Positions 1 to 13,084 are shown, numbered from the whole stretch's first letter. The stretch is DNA of 63,592 nt, filler included, from Octopus bimaculoides (GCF_001194135.2; 5 parts of 4 records of this genome joined end to end with filler, not necessarily neighbours in it), one strand, 5' to 3'. Made by a program: numbers and translations. The notes: generated by a model from the sequence alone, not told the origin.

Positions 1-341
1 TTCTGCGAGACTTTTGTATCGTCTGCGTAGCTTGCAAGAGTGGCTATCCGGGCACTTGAAGGCATATCTGAGAGAGCGACTATAAAAAGCAATGGTCCCA
101 AGACAGTGCCCTGTGGAACACCGCTCATTATTTGTGTTCTCATAGAGGTGGCTCCATTAGCCACTACTGCCTGACTTCTATCTTTCAGAAAGTCATGTAA
201 CCACTCTCCAAGTTTTCCAGCTATGCCAAGATCACGCAGTTTGTGGCATATCACACCATGATCCACTTTGTCAAAAGCTTTTGCAAAATCAAGGTATATT
301 ACGTCCACATTTGAGTTGTTGAGTAACTGCCTCAACACCCA
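1..341 (-). mobile_element. CR1/L2-type non-LTR retrotransposon reverse transcriptase fragment
   Basis: Minus strand reads [18 protein letters not shown]...[14 protein letters not shown]...[16 protein letters not shown]...SYADDTKV, i.e. the RT motifs DFxKAFD, GVPQG and YADD. Runs off the window start. Confidence 0.92.
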
Positions 342-431
342 GTATATATTCATGTATATATATACATATACATGCATGCATATATATATATTCATGTATA
401 TATATACATAAACATACATACATATATATAT

Positions 432-484
<53 letters not shown>

Positions 485-950
485 CATCATCATCATCATC
501 ATCGTCATCATGTGATTCTATTTTTTATTTTCTTTCTAAATACAGATAGTTTGATATTTATCTTGAAATAATTTTCTTTTGATTAGTTTCCTTTCACATT
601 GTTATTTCCTTCAAGCAATATTTAAAAAAATATTTTTATTTTTTATTATTTTTATTAAACGTAATTCTATTTTCTTCTTTTCTTCATATATCATCCTGCT
701 GTTCACGTTTCTTATACTTTTGACCTTTATATAAATGTGGTTCATTTTCAATATCTACAGGTTCCTGACTTATGAGGAGATATGATATATAGTTCAATAT
801 TTATATTTTCATAAGGTCATGCTGTTTAAATACTAACTAGAAATGTATATGTTTAATGCCATACACATAGGTGCTTGTTTGTTTGTTTGTTCATGTGCAT
901 ATATATCTATATGTTTATACATTTATATGTCGAAATATAAAATACACAGA

Positions 951-1343
951 TGGCGCAGGAGTGGCTGTGTGGTAAGTAGCTTGCTTACGAACCACATGGT
1001 TCCGGGTTCAGTCCCACTGCGTGGCGCCTTGGGCAAGTGTCTTCTACTATAGCCTCGAGTCGACCAAAGCATTGTGAGTGGATTTGGTGGACGGAAACTG
1101 AAAGAAGCCCGTCGTATATATATATATATATATATATATATGCATGTGTGTGTGTCTGTGTTTGTGCTCCCAAATTCGCTTGATAACCGATGCTCTTGTG
1201 TTTACGTCCCCGTAAGTTAGCGGTTCGGCAAAAGAGACTGATACAATAAGTACTAGGCTTACAAAAGGTCGATTTGCTCGTCTAAAGGCGGTGCTCCAGA
1301 AAGGCCATAGTCAAATGACTGAAACAAGTAAAAGAGTAAAAGA
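951..1343 (+). mobile_element. Bipartite octopus-type SINE (family A): tRNA-like head + (TA)n/(TG)n + 3' body
   Basis: Head ggcgcaggagtggctgtgtggtaag...ggttcagtccc (A/B-box-like), internal microsatellite, then body ...aataagtactaggctt...ggcggtgctccag...aaatgactgaaac. Same modules recur at least 10 times in the window. Confidence 0.9.
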
Positions 1344-1399
1344 GATGTATGTACGGAAGCATATATGTATATATACGTATGAATTTCTGGAAATTAACG

Positions 1400-2300
1400 G
1401 ATACCCATCCTTACATCCAGTTCTCTTTTGGAAACCAAGTTGAATAAAAGGAAGAGCTGTTCTAATAGCTGCTTCCTGAATTTGTTTCACTGTAGTCCTG
1501 GTACAACTTCAGCTATCGAAGACCATCTGTACGGAAGGTCTGAATATACAAAAGGCCTGGTCCACTCACATCCGTATCTACAGACAAACATCCAAGATTT
1601 CGTTCACCGACTCCATATACATATGCGCGCTGGTACTGTCCAGTAGCAGTAGACGCGCGTGAAGTCTTTCATTGTACATCAGATCTTGTGTGCCAAGCAC
1701 TATAGATGATACATTAGCAGCACGATCGGGACAATATACGTCTGAGTTAAAGAAAGTACCTCAAACATGCATCTTTCAAAAACAATAAGAGTTTTGAAAG
1801 TGTAGGAATATGAACAGGGTGATCGAATTTATCATTAAAAGTACAGTTCTTAATATTAACCTGTGGATAAAGGAATTCATTTTGATAATACAGTAGGAGG
1901 CCTATATATTTAGAATTGAACGAATGTTTCAGGCTTTTATTAATAATCAATCCTTATAGTCACCATATATTGAAAACCTCGATCCAATCCCTCGAATACG
2001 TAACATCCATCTCTGACATTTACAGCCCTTGTAATTACATTTATTATCGCAAAATTTGGGAATTCATAGTCATTCTAATCACATCAAGTAATCACATATT
2101 TTCTCTCGCCTTTTCTAACTCTTGCGCTGTCTTCCTCTTACTCTGAAATGTTCTTTAAAGACTTTGTAAAGAGTTTCTCATCAGCAATGTCAAATCTAAT
2201 TAAATATTTCTGGGAAAATTTCAATAATGTTGTTCTGAGTGAGATGAAAGAACCCCAAAACATTTTGATGTCTATGAGGTAATTTGTGGTAAATATTCCA
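1400..2300 (-). mobile_element. Possible heavily decayed Gypsy pol (RNaseH/integrase) remnant
   Basis: Minus strand near 1650-1700 reads AHKI*CTMKDFTRVYCYW, matching the spacing of Gypsy integrase HxGxxRMKxxARxYxYW; PVHIPT lies upstream. Many stops; weak. Confidence 0.35.
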
Positions 2301-2984
2301 TATTTTAATGTGGTATATTTGAGATCTATTCTTCCAGTTTGTTTAATTTACATAAATGTGCCTAGACACTACATTGTCAAAAATCTTGTTCCAATAACAC
2401 ACAGCTAACATTCGGCCGGGCATCGAAAATTTATCGATCGTTTTTGCAATATAATGTACTCAAGCACATATAGGATGTTTAAAATAGTATTTTCACACTT
2501 TAGTGCAGCAACATTAAAAATTAAACAGCATTCCTATCATTCTCTCACACAGTGTCATCCTGACTGATTTTCTTCCTTCAATATTTCTTTTTGGAGCTAA
2601 TGAAACAGTCATTCTGTCATCATTTTGTCTGCTAAACATTGTTGTCAAAGCTTATTGGCTTGAATGATATCATTTATAATAAGCGAAAGACAATGTAATA
2701 CGATTTACACGCAGATGATGACAATTGGAGCAAATTTTATTATAGGTCTGCTGGATCAGAGCTAATAGCCAGATATGTGCTGAGAAAATATTTTCTGTCT
2801 AATACGGCTTTGAAACATAAATTCTATTTCTTCGTAGGATTTGTTGAGATTCTGAAAGCTTATGTTTCCAAATATATCTTATATCGGAAATCGTTCGATT
2901 CCAACACGAATACTTAATTGATAAGTGTACACTCAGAGAAGGCAGTTGAACTCATAGTTAGGATGTTCAAGTTGTTAACATAAT

Positions 2985-3190
2985 ATCGTGGTTTCAGTTC
3001 CAAGACACTTCATTTCACATTGTTCCAATCTATACTGCAGTAATATATACCAGCCCAATGCAGGTGCAGCTCTCTCTCACTCTCTCTCTATCTCTCTCTG
3101 TTTTGTCTGTCTGTCTGCGTATCTAACTCTTTCTCTCTCTCCAGCTGTCAAATCTTGGATGTTCCATTGGGTCATGAATGTGGAAAGGAG
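2985..3190 (+). mobile_element. Old V-domain-type SINE fragment
   Basis: caagacacttcatttcacattgttccaatcta resembles gagcaaaacacttcatttcacgttgatccagtcc at 52090 and the copy at 53895. Confidence 0.45.
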
Positions 3191-4189
3191 ACATAGTATC
3201 TCTGTGATTCGCGAGCGCCTATGCACCTGAAACATTTATCGAATATATGGAGTATGTTGTCAAGCCATACTTCTTCACGGTAGGCTGTACAGTATTAAGT
3301 ATTGAATTACGAAAAAGATTCAAATATTCGTTAAATCATTACATGGTTAAATTTCCAAGGAATACTAGTATATGCACAAACAGATGATCATAAATCATTG
3401 AATATACATAAAAGACATTCAGAGAACTCACACGGCTAAACATACATCAAGATTCATGTATTTAATTAGCAAACGCCACTCGAAATGTTTATAATGACTG
3501 CGAATTTTGGTATCAAATTAAGCGTACATAATTCAATTCTAATCATATATAAGTTATGCTACAATGCAATTAACAAGACGAATCTTCAAAGACAGCAATT
3601 GAAAATCACACGATATAATGGAGAACCAATATGTAAAATGTAATAATTGAAAAATTACCAGATTATAGTTTAGGCATTTATCAAGCATTTTATTGATTAT
3701 AATATTTTATTCATGGCATGTGTTGGATTTCATCCGTAAGATATATAGTTGGGATATGTCTATGAAATTATATAAGCATAAAATTATTAAAGTTATTCGG
3801 TTGCTTTTGGGACACATACAAACAGACGCTTATTTCGCAGCATTCGTTTGTTCACCATTGTATTTAGAGACAGATGTATGTATCCTGCAGCCAAATTTCA
3901 TGTAGTCTAGACATATTTGCATTTTGTTATGTACATGTAAATGTTATTGTTAAAGTTTGTATATATATATATATATATATNNNNNNNNNNNNNNNNNNNN
4001 NNNNNNNNNNNNNNNNNNNNNNNNNNNNNNNNNNNNNNNNNNNNNNNNNNNNNNNNNNNNNNNNNNNNNNNNNNNNNNNNNNNNNNNNNNNNNNNNNNNN
4101 NNNNNNNNNNNNNNNNNNNNNNNNNNNNNNNNNNNNNNNNNNNNNNNNNNNNNNNNNNNNNNNNATATATATATATATATACTTTTTTT

Positions 4190-4375
4190 TACTCTTTTAC
4201 ATGTTTCAGTCATTTCACAGCGGCCATGCTGGAACACCGCCTTTAGTTGAAAAAGTCGAATCCAGGACTTATTCTTTGTAAGCCTAGTAGTTATTGTATC
4301 GTTCTCTTTTGCCGAAACGCCTAGTTACAGGGACATCAACAAACCAAGATCGGTTGTCAGGTGATGGTGAGGGAG
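4190..4375 (-). mobile_element. Family A SINE 3' body
   Basis: Reverse complement of the 1143-1343 body. Confidence 0.85.
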
Positions 4376-4378
4376 GGC

Positions 4379-4530
4379 AACCGACGTGGGTGTGTTTGCG
4401 TCCCCGTTGCTAAGTCGTTCGGATAAAGAAACCGATTCAATAAGTACTAGGCTTACAAAGAATAAGTTCTGGAGATGATTTCTTCGACTAAAACCCTTTA
4501 AGGCGGTGCTCCAGCATGGCCGCAATCAAA
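4379..4530 (+). mobile_element. Family A SINE 3' body, inverted relative to 4190-4375
   Basis: aataagtactaggcttacaaagaataag...ggcggtgctccagcatggcc. Confidence 0.85.
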
Positions 4531-5037
4531 ACTTAAAAAAAAATAAAAGGATACACTTTAATTCTTCAACTTCACTTCTTTCTAATCTCCATAACCCCCT
4601 TATCTTTCTTTTCTCTTTGTCAATCTTTTTTCCTTCGATGTTACTACTTGCACATAAATTCTCCTTACTTAAGGCTTCTGGTGGATATCATTGTCTTTAT
4701 TGCTTCCCACTTTTGTATATATTCATCCCTGCTTAAATTACCTAAAGCCCCCGTCAGTATATCGCCTAAACTGTTGGCATTGGAGTCACAATCAATTTAA
4801 CCTAATAGTACATATGCCTGTCTATCTTTTCAAACACTTTACTCTCTATATTTTTCTAGGTATATCAGTTTTATTATTTTCTCGTTATGACACTATAAAC
4901 CTCTCACACAGATCGCATTTAGAACGGTAACAATTCATGAAGAACTTTGAAGATCATGCCCATTCTTTTTTTATTGCATGAAGTTGCATAGCTATTGTTT
5001 ATATTGCTTGTAGTACAGCGGAATATTTTTCTACCCC

Positions 5038-5128
<91 letters not shown>

Positions 5129-5913
5129 CACACGCACACACATCAAATTTAAATTTCTAAAATAAATTAGTGAAGTAAAATTATTTAGCAACACCANNNN
5201 NNNNNNNNNNNNNNNNNNNNNNNNNNNNNNNNNNNNNNNNNNNNNNNNNNNNNNNNNNNNNNNNNNNNNNNNNNNNNNNNNNNNNNNNNNNNNNNNNNNN
5301 NNNNNNNNNNNNNNNNNNNNNNNNNNNNNNNNNNNNNNNNNNNNNNNNNNNNNNNNNNNNNNNNNNNNNNNNNNNNNNNNNNNNNNNNNNNNNNNNNNNN
5401 NNNNNNNNNNNNNNNNNNNNNNNNNNNNNNNNNNNNNNNNNNNNNNNNNNNNNNNNNNNNNNNNNNNNNNNNNNNNNNNNNNNNNNNNNNNNNNNNNNNN
5501 NNNNNNNNNNNNNNNNNNNNNNNNNNNNNNNNNNNNNNNNNNNNNNNNNNNNNNNNNNNNNNNNNNNNNNNNNNNNNNNNNNNNNNNNNNNNNNNNNNNN
5601 NNNNNNNNNNNNNNNNNNNNNNNNNNNNNNNNNNNNNNNNNNNNNNNNNNNNNNNNNNNNNNNNNNNNNNNNNNNNNNNNNNNNNNNNNNNNNNNNNNNN
5701 NNNNNNNNNNNNNNNNNNNNNNNNNNNNNNNNNNNNNNNNNNNNNNNNNNNNNNNNNNNNNNNNNNNNNNNNNNNNNNNNNNNNNNNNNNNNNNNNNNNN
5801 NNNNNNNNNNNNNNNNNNNNNNNNNNNNNNNNNNNNNNNNNNNNNNNNNNNNNNNNNNNNNNNNNNNNNNNNNNNNNNNNNNNNNNNNNNNNNNNNNNNN
5901 NNNNNNNNNNNNN

Positions 5914-5957
<44 letters not shown>

Positions 5958-6021
5958 GTGGCTTATTCGCAATTAACAACCGAAAGGCAGAACTGTAGAT
6001 TTCACTAAAGTGACTGAGGAT

Positions 6022-6225
6022 ACTAGTTAGCACTAGCATTGCTATAAATAAAATCAAAACAACTCATAGCTACGAAAACTACTTATCATATGACAGACAA
6101 GGGAGGCAAACTCCCAACAGCATCCGAAGCATAGCTTCCCTCCCTTGTGAGTCATACGATAAGTGCTTTCTCGTGGCTATTAATTGTTTTGACTTTTATT
6201 TCTAGCAATGCTCGTGCTATCTAGT
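6022..6225. repeat. Fold-back element: ~85-bp imperfect inverted arms with ~32-bp loop (probable MITE)
   Basis: 6022-6106 actagttagcactagcattgcta...gacaagggagg is complementary to 6139-6225 cctcccttg...tagcaatgctcgtgctatctagt. Confidence 0.85.
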
Positions 6226-6879
6226 CTATAAACGCACGCATTCACACATACACATGCACATACATATATATATATATATCTGTACATATACACGTATGTT
6301 TTTGTGCGTGTGTTAGAGACTGCTTCTGTTTAAACTGATATAAGTACTTTACCGAAAGGCCTTTCCAGTCGTTAAAACTATTCTCAAATGAGTAAAATGC
6401 ACTTGTTATTCGGAAAAGTGTCAAAATTTTCGTCGCATATCTGCGATAAGATCACTGTCATAATTCCATTCCAACAGGTTAGAATTTATCTAATAATGTG
6501 TTGCCATAGACATCAGAGATTTTTCTGAGTTATATTTCGTTTCTTTTTTCTTTTTATTTTTGTAACATGTACAGAAGTTGATTGTCTTTCACTGTCTGAT
6601 ACTATTATCCACTTGTCATCATTAATTACTTCCAAGTTTTTTTCTTTCGTCTATTTATAACTGTATATTTCATCATCAGTATTTCACCTTCATTTTCATT
6701 CTTTTCTATTGCATCTTCTTTTACTGGAGGTAAGCTTTTAAACACATACATTTGCATTAATTTCACCAAAACAGTAGTGTATTTCTTTTATTTAACACTT
6801 TGCAGTTATAGAGTAATTTATTATATAACAAATAAGACAGTTATTATTTCAGCTGACACACTGATTGCTTCTCAGTAGC

Positions 6880-7185
6880 TAGCTGTGCTTCACACGGTGT
6901 TTCATTAGTTTTCAGTAGTTTATATAGCATGACATTGGCTACCAGTAGATTATAAGTTTTATCCTTGGTTACTGGTTTATTATATCGTTTCGTCTGAGTC
7001 AATAATTATTGTCAATGGCTACCAGTGGCTCATATGGTGGGTCATCAGCTGTTACTAGTTTATACAGTGTGATATTGTCTACCATTAAATTAAATGATTC
7101 GTCTTTGGCTAGCAGCCTATTATATGCTTTATCACCGGTTCACAATAGGTTATAAGGCCACTCATCGTCTACTAGTAAATTGTAT
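6880..7185 (-). repeat. Degenerate ~30-bp minisatellite
   Basis: ttggctaccagt-like motif at ~6935, 6965, 7015, 7049, 7075, 7105, 7135 and 7165. Confidence 0.65.
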
Positions 7186-8109
7186 GTGAATGATTATTAC
7201 TTAGTATATATAAACTTGGCTTTCTTCAACTAAATATCTGATCAATTTTCAAATCATATATTTGGCTTTGATTGTGCTAAACCCGAATATCTATTTACTT
7301 TCATTGTCTGGTTAAAAGAAATTTATTAACCTCTGAAACGCTTAATTTCTTACTTTGGTCTATTTTGTATTCGTTGACAATTCCAATTTTCTCTGCAGTA
7401 CAGTAAGTAATTAATTTCTTTAATAATGTAAAATTACATAGAAATATGAACACAAAACAATCTTCACTGGTGGAAATTCAGCACTTACTAGAATAATACT
7501 GTCGGCAATGTGGAATATATTAGATAATTATTAGGTCTAATTGCAGAATTAACAAAAGTCGAATCAATCAACATTTTTTTAATTGAAATTTTCAGGTTGA
7601 CTAGACTTATAAGTTGGACGTACTTAATATTGCCCTTTATGTGTGTCTATAGGCAGCGATGTGGCGATAAAGTATCACTTGATAGTTTTGTGTTATATTC
7701 ACTGTGTAAACTGTTGTGTAGTATAATTAGAACATAATTCGAAATCATTAAGCATTATGTGTTTAAAGTATATTCTTACACGATTCACTTAGCATAGTTT
7801 AATGCACTGATTACTTTGTTATTAACATTCTAAAGAATATTTTTAACGCGACTTTTACAGGGAGTTAAATTTTGCCCCTCAGCAAGGGAAAAAGGAGGAA
7901 CGTTTGTTTGTATTTCCTATTTGTAGAGAATGCAGATATGAACAGCCAACGTAATGACCCATGAAGAAAAAAAACTGTACAACATACTGAAGTCATCATC
8001 CCACATCTTGTGTTACGTCTGCAAGCTAACACTTAAGCCAATTAGTTTTGTTTATAGAAAAAAATATGGTATTTCTGATGCTGATTATGACTGAAAATCA
8101 TATTAGTTT

Positions 8110-8305
8110 CAACGTTTGGCACAAGTTCAGCCATTTCGGTGGAGTCAGGGAAGTGGATTACATTGTCCCCAGTGTTTAGCTGGTCCGAAAAGATGAAAGG
8201 CAAAGCCGACCTCGAATTTGAACTCACAAAGTAAAGATAGAGGGAATACCGTTAAGTATTTTACCACCCAGTGTAGTAACACCTAGCGATTCTGCCATCT
8301 CCACA
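8110..8305 (-). mobile_element. Family B SINE (tRNA head, gcctttcatcctttcggggtcga core)
   Basis: gatgaaaggcaaagccgacctc...gaatttgaactca...cgattctgcc, shared with 14852-15053. Confidence 0.8.
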
Positions 8306-8333
8306 TTTTCAGAATAATAAGAAAATAAGATTT

Positions 8334-8722
8334 AAATGGTGTGTATACACCTAGATCAGCTCTCAGCATTTGTCAGCAAACTAGCTATATTCTCCGTGAC
8401 AAACGCAGTGAGTAGCTTGTTTCCCAGTTCCAATGTGCATCAAGCATATTCAGATTGATAGTAACATAGCAATTTCACTTATTGCTACTTAGCGCTCTCC
8501 CTCCGTAATTTATTTACGGTGAGCCGCAATACAGAGTTACAAGCATAAGAGAGGTAATCTCTTAATTCAGCTCACAGTGCCGTCTGCTTAGTGCCTGTGA
8601 CCGATGACGACATATCTATTCCGAAATGTTAACATCTCACATTTTAGGGATGTGGCGCTGAGAGCTGATCTAGGTGTACACATACCATTTGTCAACAAGT
8701 GAGATATATACTCCGTGACAAA
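8334..8722. repeat. 34-bp inverted repeat pair plus ~36-bp direct repeat pair (MITE-like or inversion scar)
   Basis: 8334-8367 aaatggtgtgtatacacctagatcagctctcagc is the reverse complement (2 mismatches) of 8657-8690; each arm is followed by catttgtca..caa...tata..ctccgtgacaaa. Confidence 0.8.
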
Positions 8723-8729
8723 ACGAAGT

Positions 8730-9075
8730 ATTTGTCATTAGACTGCGGCCATTTTTGGTCACCACCTTGGAAGATTTTTAGTTAAATATATGAACTCCAG
8801 TCTGATACTTAGTTGTTTTTTTTGCCAAACCACTAAATTATGGGACGTAAAGAAACCAACACCAGTTGTCAAGTTGTAAGGAGGGGCAAACACTGATATA
8901 AAGACATACATCGGTACACATGCAACAAGTTCCCACAATTTCCGCCTTCATAATTCACCCAAAACCACTAATCGGCTGGGGGCTATAGAAGATGATACTT
9001 GTCCAAGGTGCCACATAATAGGACCGAATCCGAAAGCATGTGGTTGTAAATTAGTTTCTTAACCACAAACCTGTG
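8730..9075 (-). mobile_element. Decayed family A SINE
   Basis: Body (gggacgtaaagaaaccaacacc) and head (gtccaaggtgccac...gcatgtggttg) both present in reverse orientation. Confidence 0.7.
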
Positions 9076-10162
9076 CCAATGCCTCTATGTTGATCACGTA
9101 TGTATTATTAACTGAGCTGATTATTCTTCACTGATGAGTTCTAATGAAGCTGGCATAAGTCCGTTGCTCTTACTGGTTACAATTAGAGACGGGAACCGCT
9201 TGTATTTTCATGAACCATATTATTCCAAAGTTTGTCTCGGCTGCTCTTAATAAATTACCTTCCTTTCTTTTTACATTTTAAACATATCCATATGAGATTA
9301 CTCGTCAACTTTCATGGATAGTCTGAATTGATGAGAATTATTCAACTCAGTATGTTATATACATATAAGACTCTACTGCATTTCTCTCTGATACACACAA
9401 TGCAACCTCAAGTTCTTTACATCAGCAATATCGATAATATTATAGTATGGCTAGCTTAGTAGCTTTCTCTGCATAAACTATTGAGGCCGTTCTTGTATAT
9501 AATTTGAGATGCTAAATCTTTTTCTACAAAATATTGCAGTGTTGTAATTAGACAGCGGTTGTTGATACTTCGATTATCTCCACGTTTGAACGTAGAAGTT
9601 ATGTTACAGCAGCGCATGACGCCGGGAAAATTTTAAGATTGTGACCAAAATGCATAATTAACGGGAACTTACACATGCTTAATGAGCAATGTTCATTATA
9701 TGTTGTAGATACAATATTAGATGTGATGTCAGCTGAAATATAATCCTTATTTACTATTATCGGGAATCAGTATATTACGCAATGCTGCTTAAATTGTGGC
9801 GACAATCTGTCGAAGGTTGAGCTGTATTTTCACAGTATTTTTACTTCTGTTCAATGAGGTGATACTTATCAGTTTCTGAAAAAGCAATGAGTGCAATTTT
9901 TGAGATTTCATTATGTTAAAAGTCAAAAGCAGAGCTTCATTATTTACTCATTCTAATTTCAGTCATTCCAGTGTAAAGCCTACAGTCTATGAACTATAAC
10001 AAGAGATCAGAGTAAATGCTGTCTTGTGTGTGGAATATAATAGACGAATACTGCACTGAAGCCAGTCATGTGGGAGTATGTGCGCACGCTAATATATANN
10101 NNNNNNNNNNNNNNNNNNNNNNNNNNNNNNNNNNNNNNNNTATATATATATATATATATATA

Positions 10163-10367
10163 TTACTCTTGTACTTGTTTCAGTCATTTGACTGTGGCCA
10201 TGCTGGAGCACCGCCTTTAGTCGAGCAAATCGACGCCAGGATTTATTCTTTGTAAGTCTAGTACTTACTCTATCCGTCTCTTTTGCCGAACCGCTAAGTT
10301 ACGGGGACGTAAAAACATTAGCATCAGTTGTCAAGCGATGCAGGGGGAGACAAACACAGACACACAA

Positions 10368-10425
<58 letters not shown>

Positions 10426-10581
10426 GACAGGATTCTTTCAGTTTCCGTCTACCAAATCAACTCACAAGGCTTTGGTCGGCCCGAGGCTATATTAGAAGAC
10501 ACTTGCCCAAGGTGCCACGCAGTGGGACTGAACCCGGAACCATGTGGTTGGTAAATAAGCTACTTACCACACAGCCACTGC
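10163..10581 (-). mobile_element. Full-length family A SINE with internal (CA)n(TA)n
   Basis: Near-complete reverse complement of 951-1343. Confidence 0.92.
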
Positions 10582-10692
10582 ACACAGTATACAAATACGA
10601 GTTAGTAAAAAAAAGCTAAAATACAAATTCGTTGAGATACAACCTCACAAATTTCGCATGCAAAACATATACATGCATATTCACGCACTATC

Positions 10693-10725
<33 letters not shown>

Positions 10726-11977
10726 ATATATATGTAGTGATCATGTAATATACGCACACACACAAAATCCATTGAAATTTAGACGGACCACACATGCGCA
10801 TTCAAACATGCATACAAACTTCCTTAGGCACGTACAATGTAAAAACCATAAATACAAGTGCAAATCACAATAGATCTAAGACCTAGAGTAGACGAAGGCA
10901 AATTTTTATGGAGTAGGAAATGACGATGAAAGAACTGTAGCTTGCGGATTGATTGATCTTACGACTGTTCAAGCAATCGATCAGTTAGTTGATTAACTAT
11001 TGACCACTTGCCGAATGATCATAATAAAACAAAGTAAAATATTTAAAAAAGATGTTTGTTGTTTACATAAATGATGCATAGAATATATATTTCAACATCC
11101 ATACTTTAAATTTTGGTATTTAGAGCGAAATTTCAGTGAACTTTTGGTTATCTCAAATATACATACAAATACGTCCAAGAATCCATCATGTGCTTTTATG
11201 CAATGACTTGATTTTTACCTCTATGGAATATTGTGAGTGACATCAGGTTTAAAAATCTAGTTTTACTAAAAACGTTTTAAACTTTTATTTAGTGTGTTAG
11301 ATATCTTTGTTTCATCCATAGAGAATGGCAAAGTCGTTTGACATTTCTGACAATGTAGGATGTGTTATAAAAGAGAATTGCTTTCGGCATTCCTTGTTAG
11401 TTTGGGTTTAAACGACAGAAACATGATAAATTATACTCGCCATGATTAATCACATTCGTATTTAAGTCACATATTTGAATCCCTTCCTCCGGATTTTATT
11501 AATGGCTTCATTTCTTATTAGATCCTGTTGAGGCTATCTTGAAAAATGGCCTATTCAACATTTGGAGAATTTGAAAACCGCTACTGTAATAATAATGTGT
11601 CACCAGGTAATATCAATTTTAATCTGGAAAATCAGTGTTCCTCAACTGCGATAGTTAAACGGTATACATTTAATTTTTATACTGCGAGCAATGTAAAAGA
11701 GCTTATTGGTTTCAATTCCGAAACAGAACGCCATCTGTAACGGTATTATTAGACATTTTTGCTAACAGCCACCTAGTGTTAAGAATTTGTATGGATGTAG
11801 CACGCTATTTAGCCGTTAAAAGCTTCATTCAGTAATATCCTTCATGCGGCGATACACAACTGTACTTACCTCTCACTGAAAAGTCCGTACAATCTAATTT
11901 TACGGTATGTCATCAACAAAATAGTAGAACGAATAAATTAGCCTCTACATCAACTGGCGTGTACATCTACCTCTAGC

Positions 11978-12217
11978 CCATGGTTCTGAACAGGGGCCAT
12001 ACACGATTTTGATGCAATTTATGTGCATTAAATTAGTTATACTTTTAAAGTGCACAAATAATTTTTACCTATTTCTTAAATACAATTCCTAATTAACATA
12101 ATTTTAAAAATATAATGGAATTTTTTTCAAACATCGAACGGCTAAGTGGCTTCAGCCGTGTAAAGTAGAAATGAAAGGGAGACATCGACACAAAAACAAA
12201 GCGGTTGAGAACCGCTG
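11978..12217. mobile_element. hAT-type MITE (cagtggttctcaac-like TIRs)
   Basis: Left ccatggttctgaac, right gttgagaaccgctg; similar termini at 61737-61992. TSD not preserved. Confidence 0.6.
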
Positions 12218-13041
12218 CTTTCGTCTATCAAAACCCGTCTCCCTATGTTTCATCAGAACCAATTTTGAACGGTTTCAACAAACTTCAATGTTTCCAAAGC
12301 AACGTTCTAATTACATTCCTTTCCCTATTATAGTCTACTAAAATATTGTTATGTTGGACTTGTGTATAATTTTCTATCACGTCCAGATCTGCCATCTTTT
12401 TTTATTGTTACCTATTAATCAGGTTGGAAAGCTCGTGCCTATAATCGTTTTCAGGACGTCCGAGACTGGAAGAGGAAAGACGAAATTATCCATGACTAGA
12501 GACTTTACCTTTTGAAACATTTTTACAAGAAATTCAGTGAACTCCCAAAGGTAGCTAAGGTGCTATAGGGTCGAGATATTAAACCGGGGGAGAAAGTCAT
12601 CTGCAAACTAATTGAGAAAAGGAAGAATTTGAACCATGACACGTACTTCAAAGCATGGCATTCAACACACCAGCGTTTTTCCCTTTGTCCATCGCTCTAG
12701 CCATTATTTTAAAATATAGGCTTTGGTAGGTTAAATACAGGTAAGTTGACTGCATCGCAGTTTGAGCTCTGACCGGAAGTAATCGGAATAAATACCCCAA
12801 AGCGTTTCATCCCACTCACTAATCACTGTCACTGAGTATTCTATTCTTAACCTATACAATTATATTAACCCATGCGATCCTTTGCTATTAAACAAAACAT
12901 TTTCATTAACGAAATAGAATGTAGACATTAAAATTATATTCACACTACTAGTTAACATTATTTTCTTTACATACGAAATTATTTGACGTCACGATATATA
13001 TGTGTACGTGAGTGTGTATATGTGTGTCTATGTGAGTTTGT

Positions 13042-13084
<43 letters not shown>

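Noticed and set aside
11546-11740. 64-aa ORF with internal CAG|GTAATA
   Set aside because: No homology recognised; short ORFs of this size are frequent by chance.
12701-12740. Plus-strand exon with CAG|GTAAGT
   Set aside because: Stops in all frames and overlaps a decayed family B SINE.
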